Positions 10,334 to 20,693 of a stretch of 64,000 bases of DNA are shown here, piece by piece. Origin of the DNA: Candidatus Bathyarchaeota archaeon (GTDB lineage: Archaea > Thermoproteota > Bathyarchaeia > Bathyarchaeales > Bathycorpusculaceae); assembly GCA_963767735.1 (NCBI GenBank), contig CAVYES010000008.1:203605-267604 (forward strand), written 5' to 3'. The number at the start of each line of letters is the position of its first letter. The stretch's first letter is position 1. Below the pieces are notes generated by a model. It searched no databases. It was not told the origin of the DNA and was given only the letters and a program-made list of their open reading frames with translations. The translations under genes and the position numbers were made by a program.

Positions 10334-10624
10334 ATGGCAGATCAAGATTTGCCCCTCTCGATATTTCATATGTTGGAGAGGAACGTGGGCAAGAAAATCA
10401 GGGTTATTATAGATCCAGCTTACGGTTTTGAAGGCATCTTAGCCGCCGTGACGCATGACCCATCAGGAATTTGGCTTTCAGACGCAGAAGCGATTGTTTT
10501 GAGATCAACTATTGCTCAGCCTATCCCGCAAGTTGCAAGTCGAGAAGAAAGAAGCGAGCTATTTCTTCATTTAAATTCGGTTCAAAGAATAGAAGTATTA
10601 CACGCCACTGCACCGAGGCGGTAA
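10334..10624 (+). CDS. Divergent Sm/LSm-fold protein
   Basis: L...VGKKIRVII..GFEGILAAV..IWLSDAE (Sm1) and ELFLHLNSVQRIE (Sm2) pattern. Confidence 0.55.
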   Translation: MADQDLPLSIFHMLERNVGKKIRVIIDPAYGFEGILAAVTHDPSGIWLSDAEAIVLRSTIAQPIPQVASREERSELFLHLNSVQRIEVLHATAPRR

Positions 10625-10633
10625 AGGCAGCGT

Positions 10634-10811
10634 TTAACTGTCTATAACTATTTTTATTACAACTGAAAGAACTATCAATGAGACCGCAAAGACGACAAGC
10701 AGTTCAGGTCTAATTTTTATTCCTTCAGTCTCTTCCTCAAAGAACCTCAGCAAACCTGCACTTGCTGCTGGCATTGGACCTGTATCTTTCTTCTTTCTTC
10801 CTAGTGCTCAC
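10634..10811 (-). CDS. secG: Preprotein translocase Sec61beta (SecG)
   Basis: Manual translation MSTRKK/KKDTGPMPAASAGLLRFFEEETEGIKIRPELLVVFAVSLIVLSVVIKIV; SAGLLRFFEE plus one TM is diagnostic. One apparent indel near the 5' end; not in the ORF track. Confidence 0.85.
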
Positions 10812-10935
10812 CAAATATCCCTGCCCTTTCAATGTATTATTTGCATTAATTAATGTTACGCAGATTCCAAAATGTTTTAAGGTACTAAATATTTAACTTG
10901 CCCAAAGTTAAGAGTACCCTAAATCTGGTGAGTCT

Positions 10936-11228
10936 ATGCAATATAAAAGAATTTCAAGACATGATGCGGCAGCTATATTTCAAAAGAGACACAGAACGCG
11001 GAATAGACGGAACATACAATTGGCTTGTTGATGAGGTTGCAGAGTTAGGGGAAGAATTGAAAAAAGGAACAGATCAAGAGGCTACTGAGAAAGAATTTGC
11101 GGATGTAATTGCGTGGCTTGCGTCTCTTGGCTAACATAATAGGAATCGACCTTGAAAAAGCAGCCATCAACAAATACAACCATAAATGCCCAAAATGCCA
11201 GCAATCACCCTGCCAATGCACATTTTAA
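10936..11228 (+). CDS. MazG-like nucleotide pyrophosphohydrolase (frameshifted)
   Basis: WLVDEVAELGE..EKEFADVIAWLASL, continued in another frame by ANIIGIDLEKAA..CPKCQQSPCQC. Confidence 0.8.
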
Positions 11229-11498
11229 CAAACTAAGCGTTTCTGCCCTAAACCTGTAGACGACCCAATAAGAGGGTCTACGTCCTTTACGGTGAACTAT
11301 ACCTTCGTTTTCAAGAAGACGCAAATGATGCATGACAACACTGTAAGATAAAGAGGATTCCTTTGCAATTCTTACCGCACTATATGGCTGGTTCTCGAGA
11401 GCTTCCAATATTTTGGTTCTGGCTTTAAGACCGCTATTTACGTTTCTTATATTTTTCAAGTAAGCGTTCGGATGCAAAGTTTCCTTTATGCTATTCAC
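11205..11498 (-). CDS. ArsR-like winged-helix protein
   Basis: RTKILEAL..SAVRIAKESSLSYSVVMHHLRLLENEGIV. Confidence 0.8.
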   Translation of the reverse strand: MNSIKETLHPNAYLKNIRNVNSGLKARTKILEALENQPYSAVRIAKESSLSYSVVMHHLRLLENEGIVHRKGRRPSYWVVYRFRAETLSLLKCALAG

Positions 11499-11536
11499 CG
11501 ATTAATAAACAGCGGTTTACATTGAAAAGCTTTAGG

Positions 11537-14500
11537 TTAATTAAAATCAAAAAGTTTAGCTTGTTTGGGTTTTTTGTTATCGAACATGGAAGCTATCTCT
11601 TCTTTTATAAGATCCATGCGTTGGGTGTAATAGTTGGGTAAGCCATATGTGTCAACAAGTTGCTGAGCTGCCACAAGATACTTCTCTATGCCACCACGAT
11701 AAACGGTAAGAGTCAGCTTTCCACCGCAGAATGGGCATTTCCCTTTGAGAGGCAGTCGACGGAACTTTTTGTTGCATGATTTGCACCTAAACGCTTGCGT
11801 TGAGAAAGCACGTAAATTCCCTGCTATGTCTCTGATGAAATGGGTGGTTAAAACTTTCAAAGCGACGCGTTCGACGTCTACAGCGTCAATTTTTTCGCCT
11901 AGCTCCAGTTGCATGTTGAGTTTTTCAATCATAGATTTGAATTCTTTGTAGGCGCTGTTAGCGTTGCCGAGGTTTATGTTTGTAACGGGAGTGGTGTATT
12001 GGAAGCCTTCAAACTGGGCTTCAGTTCCAAGCCTATGACTGATGACATCCATAATTGAACTCACGGGTCTAGCTTCGGCTTTCTCCAGAGTTTTTTGGTA
12101 AAATTCAAGCGGATAAGAAGCGTCAACGTCAAAATCATGCGCTTGCCTCTGCACTTCCTTGGTGTTAACAAACGGAATTAAAAGTATAGGAGCATCCATA
12201 ATTCCGCCGATCTGAGCAGGCAAATAGACACGAGAAAAGTTCAGAAGCGTATCCAACGCCAGCATAATCGCGTCTTCATCACCGTCACAGTCCCGGCGTT
12301 TGGCTGAGTGCCAAATCGGATGAGCATAAATCAGGTTACGATCCGTGTAACCAACAATGCGACCTAAAATGCAAGCGCACGTGTGGGGGGCTAAACCAAA
12401 AACCAAATGCCCAACGAGGTCTTCTGGCTTCTTAACGTTATAGTAAGGTGGAAGCTTGTAGACTCTTGCGAGCAAATCGTCAATGAAAGCCGCGATCTGA
12501 ATAAAGTATTCCCCTGCCTTGCTAGGGAATCACAATATCCTGAACCTTGAGCTCACAAACCTGATTAGGATCAGTCAAAGATGCGCCGTGTGTGTCGTAG
12601 CTGTATCCTAACTGCCTAATCTTTTCTACGGGCACTCCAACTTCGGCAGGCGTAAAATGCGTTAAAGGAGCGTTGGTGGCGTCAAATCGGATTGTGCCAT
12701 CCTTGTAAACAGATAAGCCATATTTAGCTCGCAAAATTCCTTTTTCGACTATTTCAGGAGTTTTGTCTAGGTTCGTTAAGCCTTTGACGCCTCTTAGAAT
12801 TTTCGGAGCTGGATAACCAAGCGACTTGCACGCGTCATCTACCATTTCTTTAAAGTTAACTGGTTGCCGCTGGTATTGAACTCCTTCTGTTTTACAGGTG
12901 GGGCAACTGTTATCTTTTACAGCCTTGCCGCAACGAGGACAACTTTTTTCAGCAACAGTGTCGCATCCGCAGTTGAAGCATTTTACCCTTAAAGTGTAAG
13001 TTTTACAGTTAGGGCACTTCCTCTTAACCATGTCGACAAACACAGGACCCTGCTTTGCAGCTTCCAAAAGGTCTCTATGTGAACCGCCAGCTAAGCTTAC
13101 TGGAAAAAGAACATGAACAAGAGGCTTCATTTCCCGCCTTTTAGCCTTCTCAGGCCTTCCCATGCGGGCACCTACAAAGGTCGGTGCTTTGTCCTTAACT
13201 TGCACTCCTGAAAGCATGCTGATTGCCTCGAAGACAGAAGTAGTCTGAGTGCCCTCAATCGTATTTGTGGTGCCGCAGCCAAGACAGAACGCTAAAGCGG
13301 CGGCATCCTCGCCTTCCAGCAAAATCCTATTACTAATTAGTTTATGAGGAGCAAAGATCAATCTAAGTAACCTTACAACATTTTCATTGGCTTCGCCGAA
13401 AATTTTGCAAACGCATCCATCTGCCAAGGCGACTTCGCAGGAACCCAGCCATTTTTTCAGCACCTCAACTTCTTGAACATTGGTTAAGCTTGCCCAAAAG
13501 AATGTACGGGCGGGGTGCAAAGGTATGCCCATGCGAAGGCTGAGAAGTATTGCCTCTTTAGTCGTTGGTTTATTTCTAAAGGGGTCATCTAGAAAGCTTT
13601 TGAGCCTTTCCGCAGAAACCTGAGTGGCATTTGCCGCTTTCGCAGAATCTGAGCTAAATTTTTGGGTCAGAGCGCCCTGTAGGTCTTTAACCCACCATTC
13701 CTCCACGTATCCCGAGGGAGGAAGCCCCTTGCTGGTATAGAGAAAGTCGCCAAAACTAATCAGGATGTCCCCTAGAAACAAGATTTTTTGGACCTTGCCT
13801 TTTATCTCCGGAAAATTTTCCATTGTTACTCGAACTACAGAATTATCCTTCAACAAAACAATGGGGGACTCAATAGTATCCACAGGAAGCGTAACGCAGC
13901 CTTTTCCTGGAAGCTCTAAGCGCATTTGGGTGCCTGCCGCAAGAAAATTCTCAACAACAAGCATAGTGGCGGGGTGGATGCCTACAGCTGAAAGGCCTGT
14001 GTTTCGTGATCGGCCATACCTTAATCTGAAGCCGCCTCGTCTTGAGGGGAAAGCGAAAATTGGTCGTCCCGCAATCACATCGTCCATAAAGCCGCCTGAT
14101 TTCTTTTCAGATTTCTTTTTGAAATCTTTTAGCCAATCCCAGCCTTGGAAACCGATCTTATCGATAATCACGAAAACTTTTTGGGCCCGTCCAACGATGC
14201 CGTCGTTTACCACGCGAAGGGCGCCGCCTCTGACGCGGTTAGTTTCTACTCTTGGGAGGTTTCTGTAGGAGGAAACTTCAACTGGGTCTGATTCAGTTCC
14301 TGTGCATTCGACTGGAATGAGGTTAAGCGCCCTCCTTAATTCCTCGTCAGGAATGTGATATTGGAAACGGCCAACTGATCGTTCATATAATCGCAATTCT
14401 TCTATGAAGCGGGAGATTTCCTCCTCCGTCGGCTTGTACTTATCCAAGCCAAGCTGGGTCCGCACGAAGTCTCCCACGACTAAAGTTAACGCTTGGTCTG

Positions 14501-14948
14501 TTCCACCCGCTGACCTTATTGGACCTGCAAAGTAAATAGCCAGGTAACGTGTCCGATCGGCGTTAGTTTTTATTTTTACGTGAGCTATGCCTTGTATTGG
14601 CGCTGCGGTTAAGCCTTCAGTGAAAATTGCCAGGGCAGTTCGTATTGCCTGCTCAGCCGCTTTTTCAGGTTCCATGTGACCAAATTTGCCTAGGACGGTT
14701 TCTTCAGCAACTTTGAATGCGATTTCTTCTCTTTGCATTTTAGTGCTTAATTCTCTGATGCTGAGCGCAACGCCTTTGGGTCCAACTAGCCCTTCCACTA
14801 AGTCAGCAATGTCTTGGGCAATAATGCACTCAGTTTTCAACGCGGGGTCAAAGCCTTCTGATCTAGCGCTGTCGCTTAACGCATACAATCGCTTGAGCTC
14901 ATTTCCCATTGTGTCAACGTAGTTTTGATAACCCTTGCTGATATTCAA
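11537..14948 (-). CDS. polC: DNA polymerase D large subunit DP2 (one apparent indel near 12525)
   Basis: GPIRSAGGT, GFRLRYGRSRNTG, RMGRPEKA, KDGTIRFD, KRRDCDGDED catalytic motif. The two ORFs join as VIP/SKAGEYFIQIAAFIDDLLAR. Confidence 0.95.
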
Positions 14949-15038
14949 AGTGCAGCTTCCAGTGGCAACATATAGAGTAATGGGTTATTTTGGCTTTCTT
15001 AAAATTAAACGGAAATCTAATCCCAAGTCTGCCAAGCA

Positions 15039-15795
15039 TTAAACCTTAATGCTTTTGATTGCCTTAATGATTTCAGAGATCCTTTGTTTAGCATCACTTG
15101 ACTCAGTAACATTGCCGGTGACGATTATGTCTGCTCCTGCAGATACAGCAGCTACGGCTTGCTCTTTAGTTCTTATTCCTCCGCCCACTATGAGTGGAAT
15201 TTCAATCACATGCTTAACTGCGTGGATCATTTCTGGGGGTACGGGATTTGCTGCTCCAGAACCGCCTTCCAGATAAATGAAGCGCATCCCAAGGTATTGG
15301 CCTGCAAGGGCATGAGCGGCTGCAAGTTCAGGCTTAGAGTAGGGCACCGAGATGGCTTTTCCTACAACACCTGCAGTGCCGCCGTCTCCAACAATTATGT
15401 AACCCATGGAAATAGGTTCTAAACCGTACTTTTTGACGAGCGGTGCGCCAAGAATCTGAGCGCCCATAAGAAAATAAGGATCAACCGAATTCAGAAGCGA
15501 CATAAACCATATGGCGTCGGCGTAACTGCTAATTCCAGTTATGTTGTTTGGGAACAGTATTGTAGGAATTTTTACTGCGGACTTTATGTTCTTTACTACG
15601 TCGTCAAGGTGGGCTTGAGAAGCAAATGTTGAGCCTCCAATCATTATGGCGGCGGTTCCGCTATTTGCAGAATTTTCAGCAATGCGTGAAGCTTGTAGGG
15701 CTGACACTTTTTCTGGGTCGATTAGCGTTATGTGGATTGATCCTTCGAGCTTTTATTTTTTCGAGTAAGTACTTTTCGATAGGCCCTAGCAAAGC
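15039..15795 (-). CDS. Geranylgeranylglyceryl phosphate synthase (indels in the 5' part)
   Basis: HITLIDPEK upstream in another frame; IMIGGST, FMSLLNS, YLEGGSGA, VGGGIR. Confidence 0.9.
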
Positions 15796-15808
15796 TATTA
15801 TCCTTCGA

Positions 15809-16078
15809 TTATTCTTTTTTTACGTTGGTTATAGGTGTTCTTTTTGTAGAACCATAAACCCGGTCTGTGAGCATACAGTAAACGTCAACTTCGCCTTGCG
15901 CTGGTTTAACGGGGAATTCTTCTTTAAGACCACAACTACTGCATTGTGCAACGGAATGACCACCGTCTTCTCTGGATATTTCAACTTTTACCGTTTCTTT
16001 TCCGCATTTTGGGCAAGAGAAGAATTTAGGTAAACGTTTCTTAGGAATATGAACTACTTTTTTCCTTCTTCGCCCCAA
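15809..16078 (-). CDS. elf1: Elf1-like transcription elongation factor
   Basis: MGRRRKK..LPKFFSCPKCG..CSSCGL..VDVYCMLTD. Confidence 0.85.
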   Translation of the reverse strand: MGRRRKKVVHIPKKRLPKFFSCPKCGKETVKVEISREDGGHSVAQCSSCGLKEEFPVKPAQGEVDVYCMLTDRVYGSTKRTPITNVKKE

Positions 16079-16123
16079 ATAACAGCCTTCTAAATTGATG
16101 ATAATGTTGAATGATATTTATGC

Positions 16124-17020
16124 TTGTCCTTAAATACTTGCCTAGAAACCAAGAATATGAGGCTGCGTGAAAGCCAAGTGAAATTAACGCCTTCTGTCTT
16201 AGAAATGGATTTCTCAGAAGCTCAAAAAAGAATTTGCCGCTTCATTAAAGAGTACGTGGAAAACGCTGGGGCAAAAGGCATAGTACTGGGTCTTTCAGGG
16301 GGAATCGACAGTGCAACAATTGCAGCACTTTCAAGTCTTGCAATAGGCGGAGACAACGTGTTGGCTCTGATGCTGCCGGAAAAAGAAAACTTTAACCAAA
16401 AAGACATCGACGATGCAAAAGTAGTTGCAGACAAATTTAAATTGCAAACACAAATCTGTGACATGTCAAATGTTTTAGAAGGCTTCTACAACAGCATTCC
16501 AGCGTTTGAGCCAAAAGACAGGCTTTGTAAGGGCAACATTAAAGCAAGAACTAGAATGATTTACCTCTACTATTACGCTAACAAACTTAACAGAATCGTT
16601 TGCGGAAGTTCTGACAAATCAGAGACAATGATGGGCTACTTCACTAAGTGGGGAGACGTCGCCTCCGATATAACGCCAATTATGGATTTATACAAAACAC
16701 AAGTTCGCAAACTCGCAATTCATTTAGGAATCCCAGAGGAGCTTGCATTAAAGCCTTCTACACCGGCGCTTTGGCCCAACCAGACTGCAGAAAACGAGCT
16801 TGGAATCAAATATGAAACCTTAGACCTAATTCTTTATGGGATAGAACGGTTTATGACTACTGAAGAGATTGCAAGTCAACTAAGCATTGAGAAGTCTATC
16901 GTTGACAAGGTTAAGATCAGATGGCTCGCAAATGAACATAAAAGAAGAATGCCATTACCCCCCAAAATTGGATATAGAACTGTGGGAAATGATTTTAGGC
17001 TTCCCAGACATACCTATTGA
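16124..17020 (+). CDS. nadE: NAD+ synthetase (synthetase domain only)
   Basis: GLSGGIDS, GNIKARTRM, GYFTKWGD, DLYKTQV. Confidence 0.95.
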   Translation: MSLNTCLETKNMRLRESQVKLTPSVLEMDFSEAQKRICRFIKEYVENAGAKGIVLGLSGGIDSATIAALSSLAIGGDNVLALMLPEKENFNQKDIDDAKVVADKFKLQTQICDMSNVLEGFYNSIPAFEPKDRLCKGNIKARTRMIYLYYYANKLNRIVCGSSDKSETMMGYFTKWGDVASDITPIMDLYKTQVRKLAIHLGIPEELALKPSTPALWPNQTAENELGIKYETLDLILYGIERFMTTEEIASQLSIEKSIVDKVKIRWLANEHKRRMPLPPKIGYRTVGNDFRLPRHTY

Positions 17021-17868
17021 AAAGTGGAAACAACATGAAAGACAAGATAAAACTTGCCCTTGCCCAAATAAGCAGTAAACGAGAAAACAAAGAGGCAAAT
17101 CTACAGAAAATAGAAACATTAACCTGCAAAGCCAAAGAGCAAGGGGCAGATTTAGCCATTTTCCCTGAGATGTCATTAACTGGCTACGTGGTTAGAGATC
17201 AATTCTACGAGTTAGCTGAAACAATCCCCGGACCCACAGTTGAGAAAGTGGAGGCGTTGGCAAAGAAGACAGGGATGCATGTTATTTTTGGGATGCCGGA
17301 GTTAAGCGAAAAAACAAAAGCCACAATCTTTAACACCGCCGTCTTTGTTGGTCCAAAAGGTTTAATCGGTAAATACCGAAAAATGTATCTGCCAACTCAC
17401 AGCGTGTTTGAAGAGAAAAGGTACTTTCGCCCAGGTTATGAGACAGCCGCGTTTCAAACCGATTTGGGCAACATTGGCTTATGCATTTGCTATGACATTT
17501 TCTTCCCTGAAGTGCTTAGGCTTACCCGTTTGAAGGGAGCACAATTAATCGTCTGCATATCCGCATCTCCAGCTGTACGAAGAAGCTACTTTGAAACTTT
17601 AACTTGCGCCAGAGCAATAGAAAACACGGCTTACCTCGCTTACGTGAACCTTGCTGGCGTTCAAGATGGCTTGCAATTCTGGGGAGGAAGCCGACTTGTT
17701 AGTCCAACTGGAGATGTTCTTGCGAAGGCAAAGTATGATGAGGAGGATTTTGTCACCTGTGAGGTAGATTACAGTGACCTGAGAACGGCAGAAACATTCA
17801 TCCCCACCCTAAAGGACCTTAGACCTGAACTTTTTGATAAACTAAAAGAGTACTCAGAAGGTCTATAA
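17017..17868 (+). CDS. Carbon-nitrogen hydrolase (nitrilase family)
   Basis: Catalytic triad FPE / YRK / ICYD; adjoins nadE. Confidence 0.9.
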   Translation: MKSGNNMKDKIKLALAQISSKRENKEANLQKIETLTCKAKEQGADLAIFPEMSLTGYVVRDQFYELAETIPGPTVEKVEALAKKTGMHVIFGMPELSEKTKATIFNTAVFVGPKGLIGKYRKMYLPTHSVFEEKRYFRPGYETAAFQTDLGNIGLCICYDIFFPEVLRLTRLKGAQLIVCISASPAVRRSYFETLTCARAIENTAYLAYVNLAGVQDGLQFWGGSRLVSPTGDVLAKAKYDEEDFVTCEVDYSDLRTAETFIPTLKDLRPELFDKLKEYSEGL

Positions 17869-17902
17869 TTCGAAAAGGCGATTGCAAAGCTAAGCAAGGG
17901 AA

Positions 17903-17995
17903 ATCACAAAGACATCACAAGCCTATCACAATGCTGTGATATCAAGTGACTTGATGGTAAATCACCGTGATTTTAATGTGACAACATGACGTCAC
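17903..17995. repeat. Array of 9 RTCAC/GTGAY motifs
   Basis: Motifs start at 17903, 17914, 17925, 17936, 17946, 17961, 17967, 17978, 17991; includes TGATATCA and TGACGTCA palindromes. Confidence 0.8.
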
Positions 17996-18376
17996 GCTAC
18001 CAATTTGAGTTTATTATTAGCCTTTTGGCATAAAAAAGTGAATTGATGAATGTTTCAACAGAAGCTGGCAATGATAATAAGTGAGTTTTAAAATAGCTTG
18101 TTAAAGCATGAATATCGGTTAGGAGCGACTTTGAAAAACTGCATTTTTGTTTAAAATTCACGGTAAAGCCAGCACCAGATATCGAATAATTTTGCCATTT
18201 ATCTGTTAATCGCACTTATTAATTGGCTAATTGAATAAAAACACTCACATTCACCGTATTTTGATGATTAACTCGTTTTTCGCGGCATTTATGACCGTCT
18301 GATAAAGTGGTTTTGCTTGGGCAAGACTTAAAAACTCGACTCAGTATACAAAAGCGTATCCATTTAGGCTACGGAG

Positions 18377-18868
18377 ATGACAGCGAGTTTGAAGCTAAAA
18401 GACGGCGTTCAAGCATGGCTAAACGGGGCATTAAACGACCCCATTGTAAAAATATTGGCTAAAAACAGCCAATTAACCAAAACACAACTTGAAACACTGC
18501 TAATAGACATTTTAGCCGAGAACATCTCGGGCAAACAGTTAAAGTACGATGAAAAAGCCGATTTAAGACTAACTAAGGCTAAAATAAGCCGCGGCTCCTT
18601 TAACAGGACGTTAAAACAGTCTAAAGAAAACGTGATAAAATCAATCTACACGGTACTACTTTTAGGATATTTAGGAGTGTTTGACAGCACAACTCTTGAC
18701 CCATATCTCGAAATAGCCAATAAACTGCACCAATATGTGGAGGCACACCAAGAGGCACCCGACAAGGAGGAGGAGCTAAAAGACCATCTAAAAGTCATAG
18801 AAATCATTCGGGAAGAGCTTGAAACAAGCCTAAAACGGCTTTCTAGTCCATCAGAAGAGCACTTGTGA
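18377..18868 (+). CDS. Uncharacterised protein with predicted helix-turn-helix
   Basis: SQLTKTQLETL..LKYDEKADLR..KISRGSFNRTLKQSKEN resembles a Tfx/sigma-region-4 type HTH followed by a helical C-terminus. Confidence 0.6.
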   Translation: MTASLKLKDGVQAWLNGALNDPIVKILAKNSQLTKTQLETLLIDILAENISGKQLKYDEKADLRLTKAKISRGSFNRTLKQSKENVIKSIYTVLLLGYLGVFDSTTLDPYLEIANKLHQYVEAHQEAPDKEEELKDHLKVIEIIREELETSLKRLSSPSEEHL

Positions 18869-19197
18869 CGTCACAAATCACAGATAAAACCGAGTATTTT
18901 TAAATATCAAAGGAAGTACGGAAAGTCAAAATATAAAGGTCATTTACAAGTCTTAATTTTAAAAATAACCTCAAATCACAGCTATACTATTGAGAGATGA
19001 ATGCGAAGATAGTAGAGGAAAATAGTTGTGACATGTGATATCATGACAAGCATGGCGATAACGTCACCGTAAACCTTAAAAAGTCCATGGATTACTGTGA
19101 TGTGTGATGCAACTGATTAAATCACGTGCAAGTCACAGGGATGAAAAATCACGGTTGATTTTGTAACGATAATTTTGGGCGTTTTGCTTACCGTGAC
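18863..19197. repeat. Array of 13 RTCAC/GTGAY motifs including the perfect palindrome TTGTGACGTCACAA
   Basis: Motifs at 18865, 18870, 18877, 18975, 19028, 19035, 19063, 19097, 19104, 19121, 19132, 19148, 19193. Confidence 0.8.
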
Positions 19198-19876
19198 CGT
19201 CGCAGCAACAGTCGAATATTATAGGCAAATACGTAAGGCACAAAAAGAGTATGAGAAAGCCAAAGGTGTTGTTGAAGACATAGTTCTTAGTTTTAACCGA
19301 GATCTCAAGCGTGGAGCCGACAAACTAGATTTAATCGCGTTCAAAATAGAAGGAAACTTGGCCAAAGCGGACACCAGCCTAAAAAAAGTAGACACTTTAG
19401 AAAAAAGGCTATTGCCTATCGAAAATCAAATGGGCACTATTTCACAGACGGTTTCACAGAGTACCAATAAAATTCTCTCAGGATTAACAGATTTGGAATC
19501 TAAAATTAGAGATATTGAAGGGGCACAAGAGACGTTAAAATTGAAGATAACAGGCTTTGAAGAGCAAATTCAAAAGTTCAACGTTACTCCAGAAATCAGC
19601 GAAACCGTCATCCCAATTAAACGTGACAAAGCAATGGCCTCATTAACAGACACAGAAATCACAGTGCTGGAAATGTTATCTTCAGAGGGACCCAAAACAG
19701 CGCCAGAAATCAAAGACAGAGTTAAACTTAGCAGAGAACACACAGCAAGACTAATGAAAAAACTCTATGAAGAAGGATACTTAGAACGCGAAGTAGGCAA
19801 AATACCCTTCAGATACAGCATCAAAAAAGAGATGGAAAAGATACTGAAAAAGTCCGAGAGCAGCCCCTCGGCATAA
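19141..19876 (+). CDS. Membrane-anchored coiled-coil protein with C-terminal winged helix
   Basis: Likely start ATG 19141 with one extra A, giving MKITVDFVTIILGVLLTVTVAATVEYY (TM). A heptad-rich middle follows, then LTDTEITVLEML..TAPEIKDRVKLSREHTARLMKKLYEEGYLER (wHTH). Confidence 0.75.
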
Positions 19877-19899
19877 ACCGCAAAGAAAGCGTCTCGTGA

Positions 19900-19977
19900 C
19901 TGCCCAACCGACAAGAGTTATCCTGTCTCTACCATAGCGGTAAGTGTATGTTCCTTTTCAGGCATCCACGCCAACAG
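19900..19977 (-). ncRNA. Candidate structured RNA (multi-hairpin junction)
   Basis: Three adjacent hairpins on the minus strand (one CCT-GAAA-AGG), closed by a G-U-rich stem; lies between convergent genes. No family recognised. Confidence 0.3.
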
Positions 19978-20067
19978 TTCTACTCAAATTGTACTTACCT
20001 AAATTCGCGCTAAATACTTCTTAACCCAACAAAATTTATTTCAGTTTACTTCTCTTAGCAACTCAAG

Positions 20068-20496
20068 TCACTTTATTCTTTGTTTTATAGTTGCCTGAGA
20101 AATATTCGCTGTTTTGTACTTTAAGCTATTTGGCCCACCGGTCCTTAACAGCATACCTTTACTTGTCATCCTGGAAAGATAAGTGGAAACGGTACTAAGA
20201 CTGACGGGTTCCTTAAGTTCCTGTTCATAAACAGACTGGATGTCCTTTGAAGAAAACCAAATCAAGGGAAAACTTTTCTGAATCACTGACTGAACTTTTT
20301 CGAAGCGTGAAAGTACACGATTTTGCAAGGACGCTCCTGTGCCCGTGGTTGGACCCTCGCCTGGTGCGCCGCCTAGCAATTCAACAAGATCTAAGAGTCG
20401 TAGAGCTTTGTCGCGGGTAACTTGACCCTCGAAAGCAATAGTATATCGATTTCCATCGCTATCGAACAGCTCAACACGCATTTTACGAGCTGGCAT
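20068..20496 (-). CDS. Two-domain protein with C-terminal winged helix, divergent from cdc6
   Basis: Small N-terminal beta-beta-alpha domain, Gly/Thr linker, WFSSKDIQSVYEQE..VSLSTVSTYLSRMTSKGMLLR wHTH. Confidence 0.7.
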   Translation of the reverse strand: MPARKMRVELFDSDGNRYTIAFEGQVTRDKALRLLDLVELLGGAPGEGPTTGTGASLQNRVLSRFEKVQSVIQKSFPLIWFSSKDIQSVYEQELKEPVSLSTVSTYLSRMTSKGMLLRTGGPNSLKYKTANISQATIKQRIK

Positions 20497-20693
20497 TTAG
20501 TGTACACCACGAGGGTTGCTTCACAACTTTATACTTCACAGCTTATAGCTGTTATGGTGAATGATGAAATATAGAAAAAGCAGAATACAGCTTATTATAA
20601 TTAAATAGCCACAATTTTCATTCTTTTCAGCATAACGGACTTCACAGTAAATTAGATTAGCTGGATAATTAAGGTTCTTGCCTGGTTCCGCTT

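Noticed and set aside
12476-12530. Split PolD DP2, intein or amber readthrough
   Set aside because: Removing one C restores a continuous DP2 (VIPSKAGEYF..); no intein motifs.
17903-19197. CRISPR array
   Set aside because: Repeats are 5-10 bp motifs without a 24-40 bp repeat/spacer structure; no cas genes.
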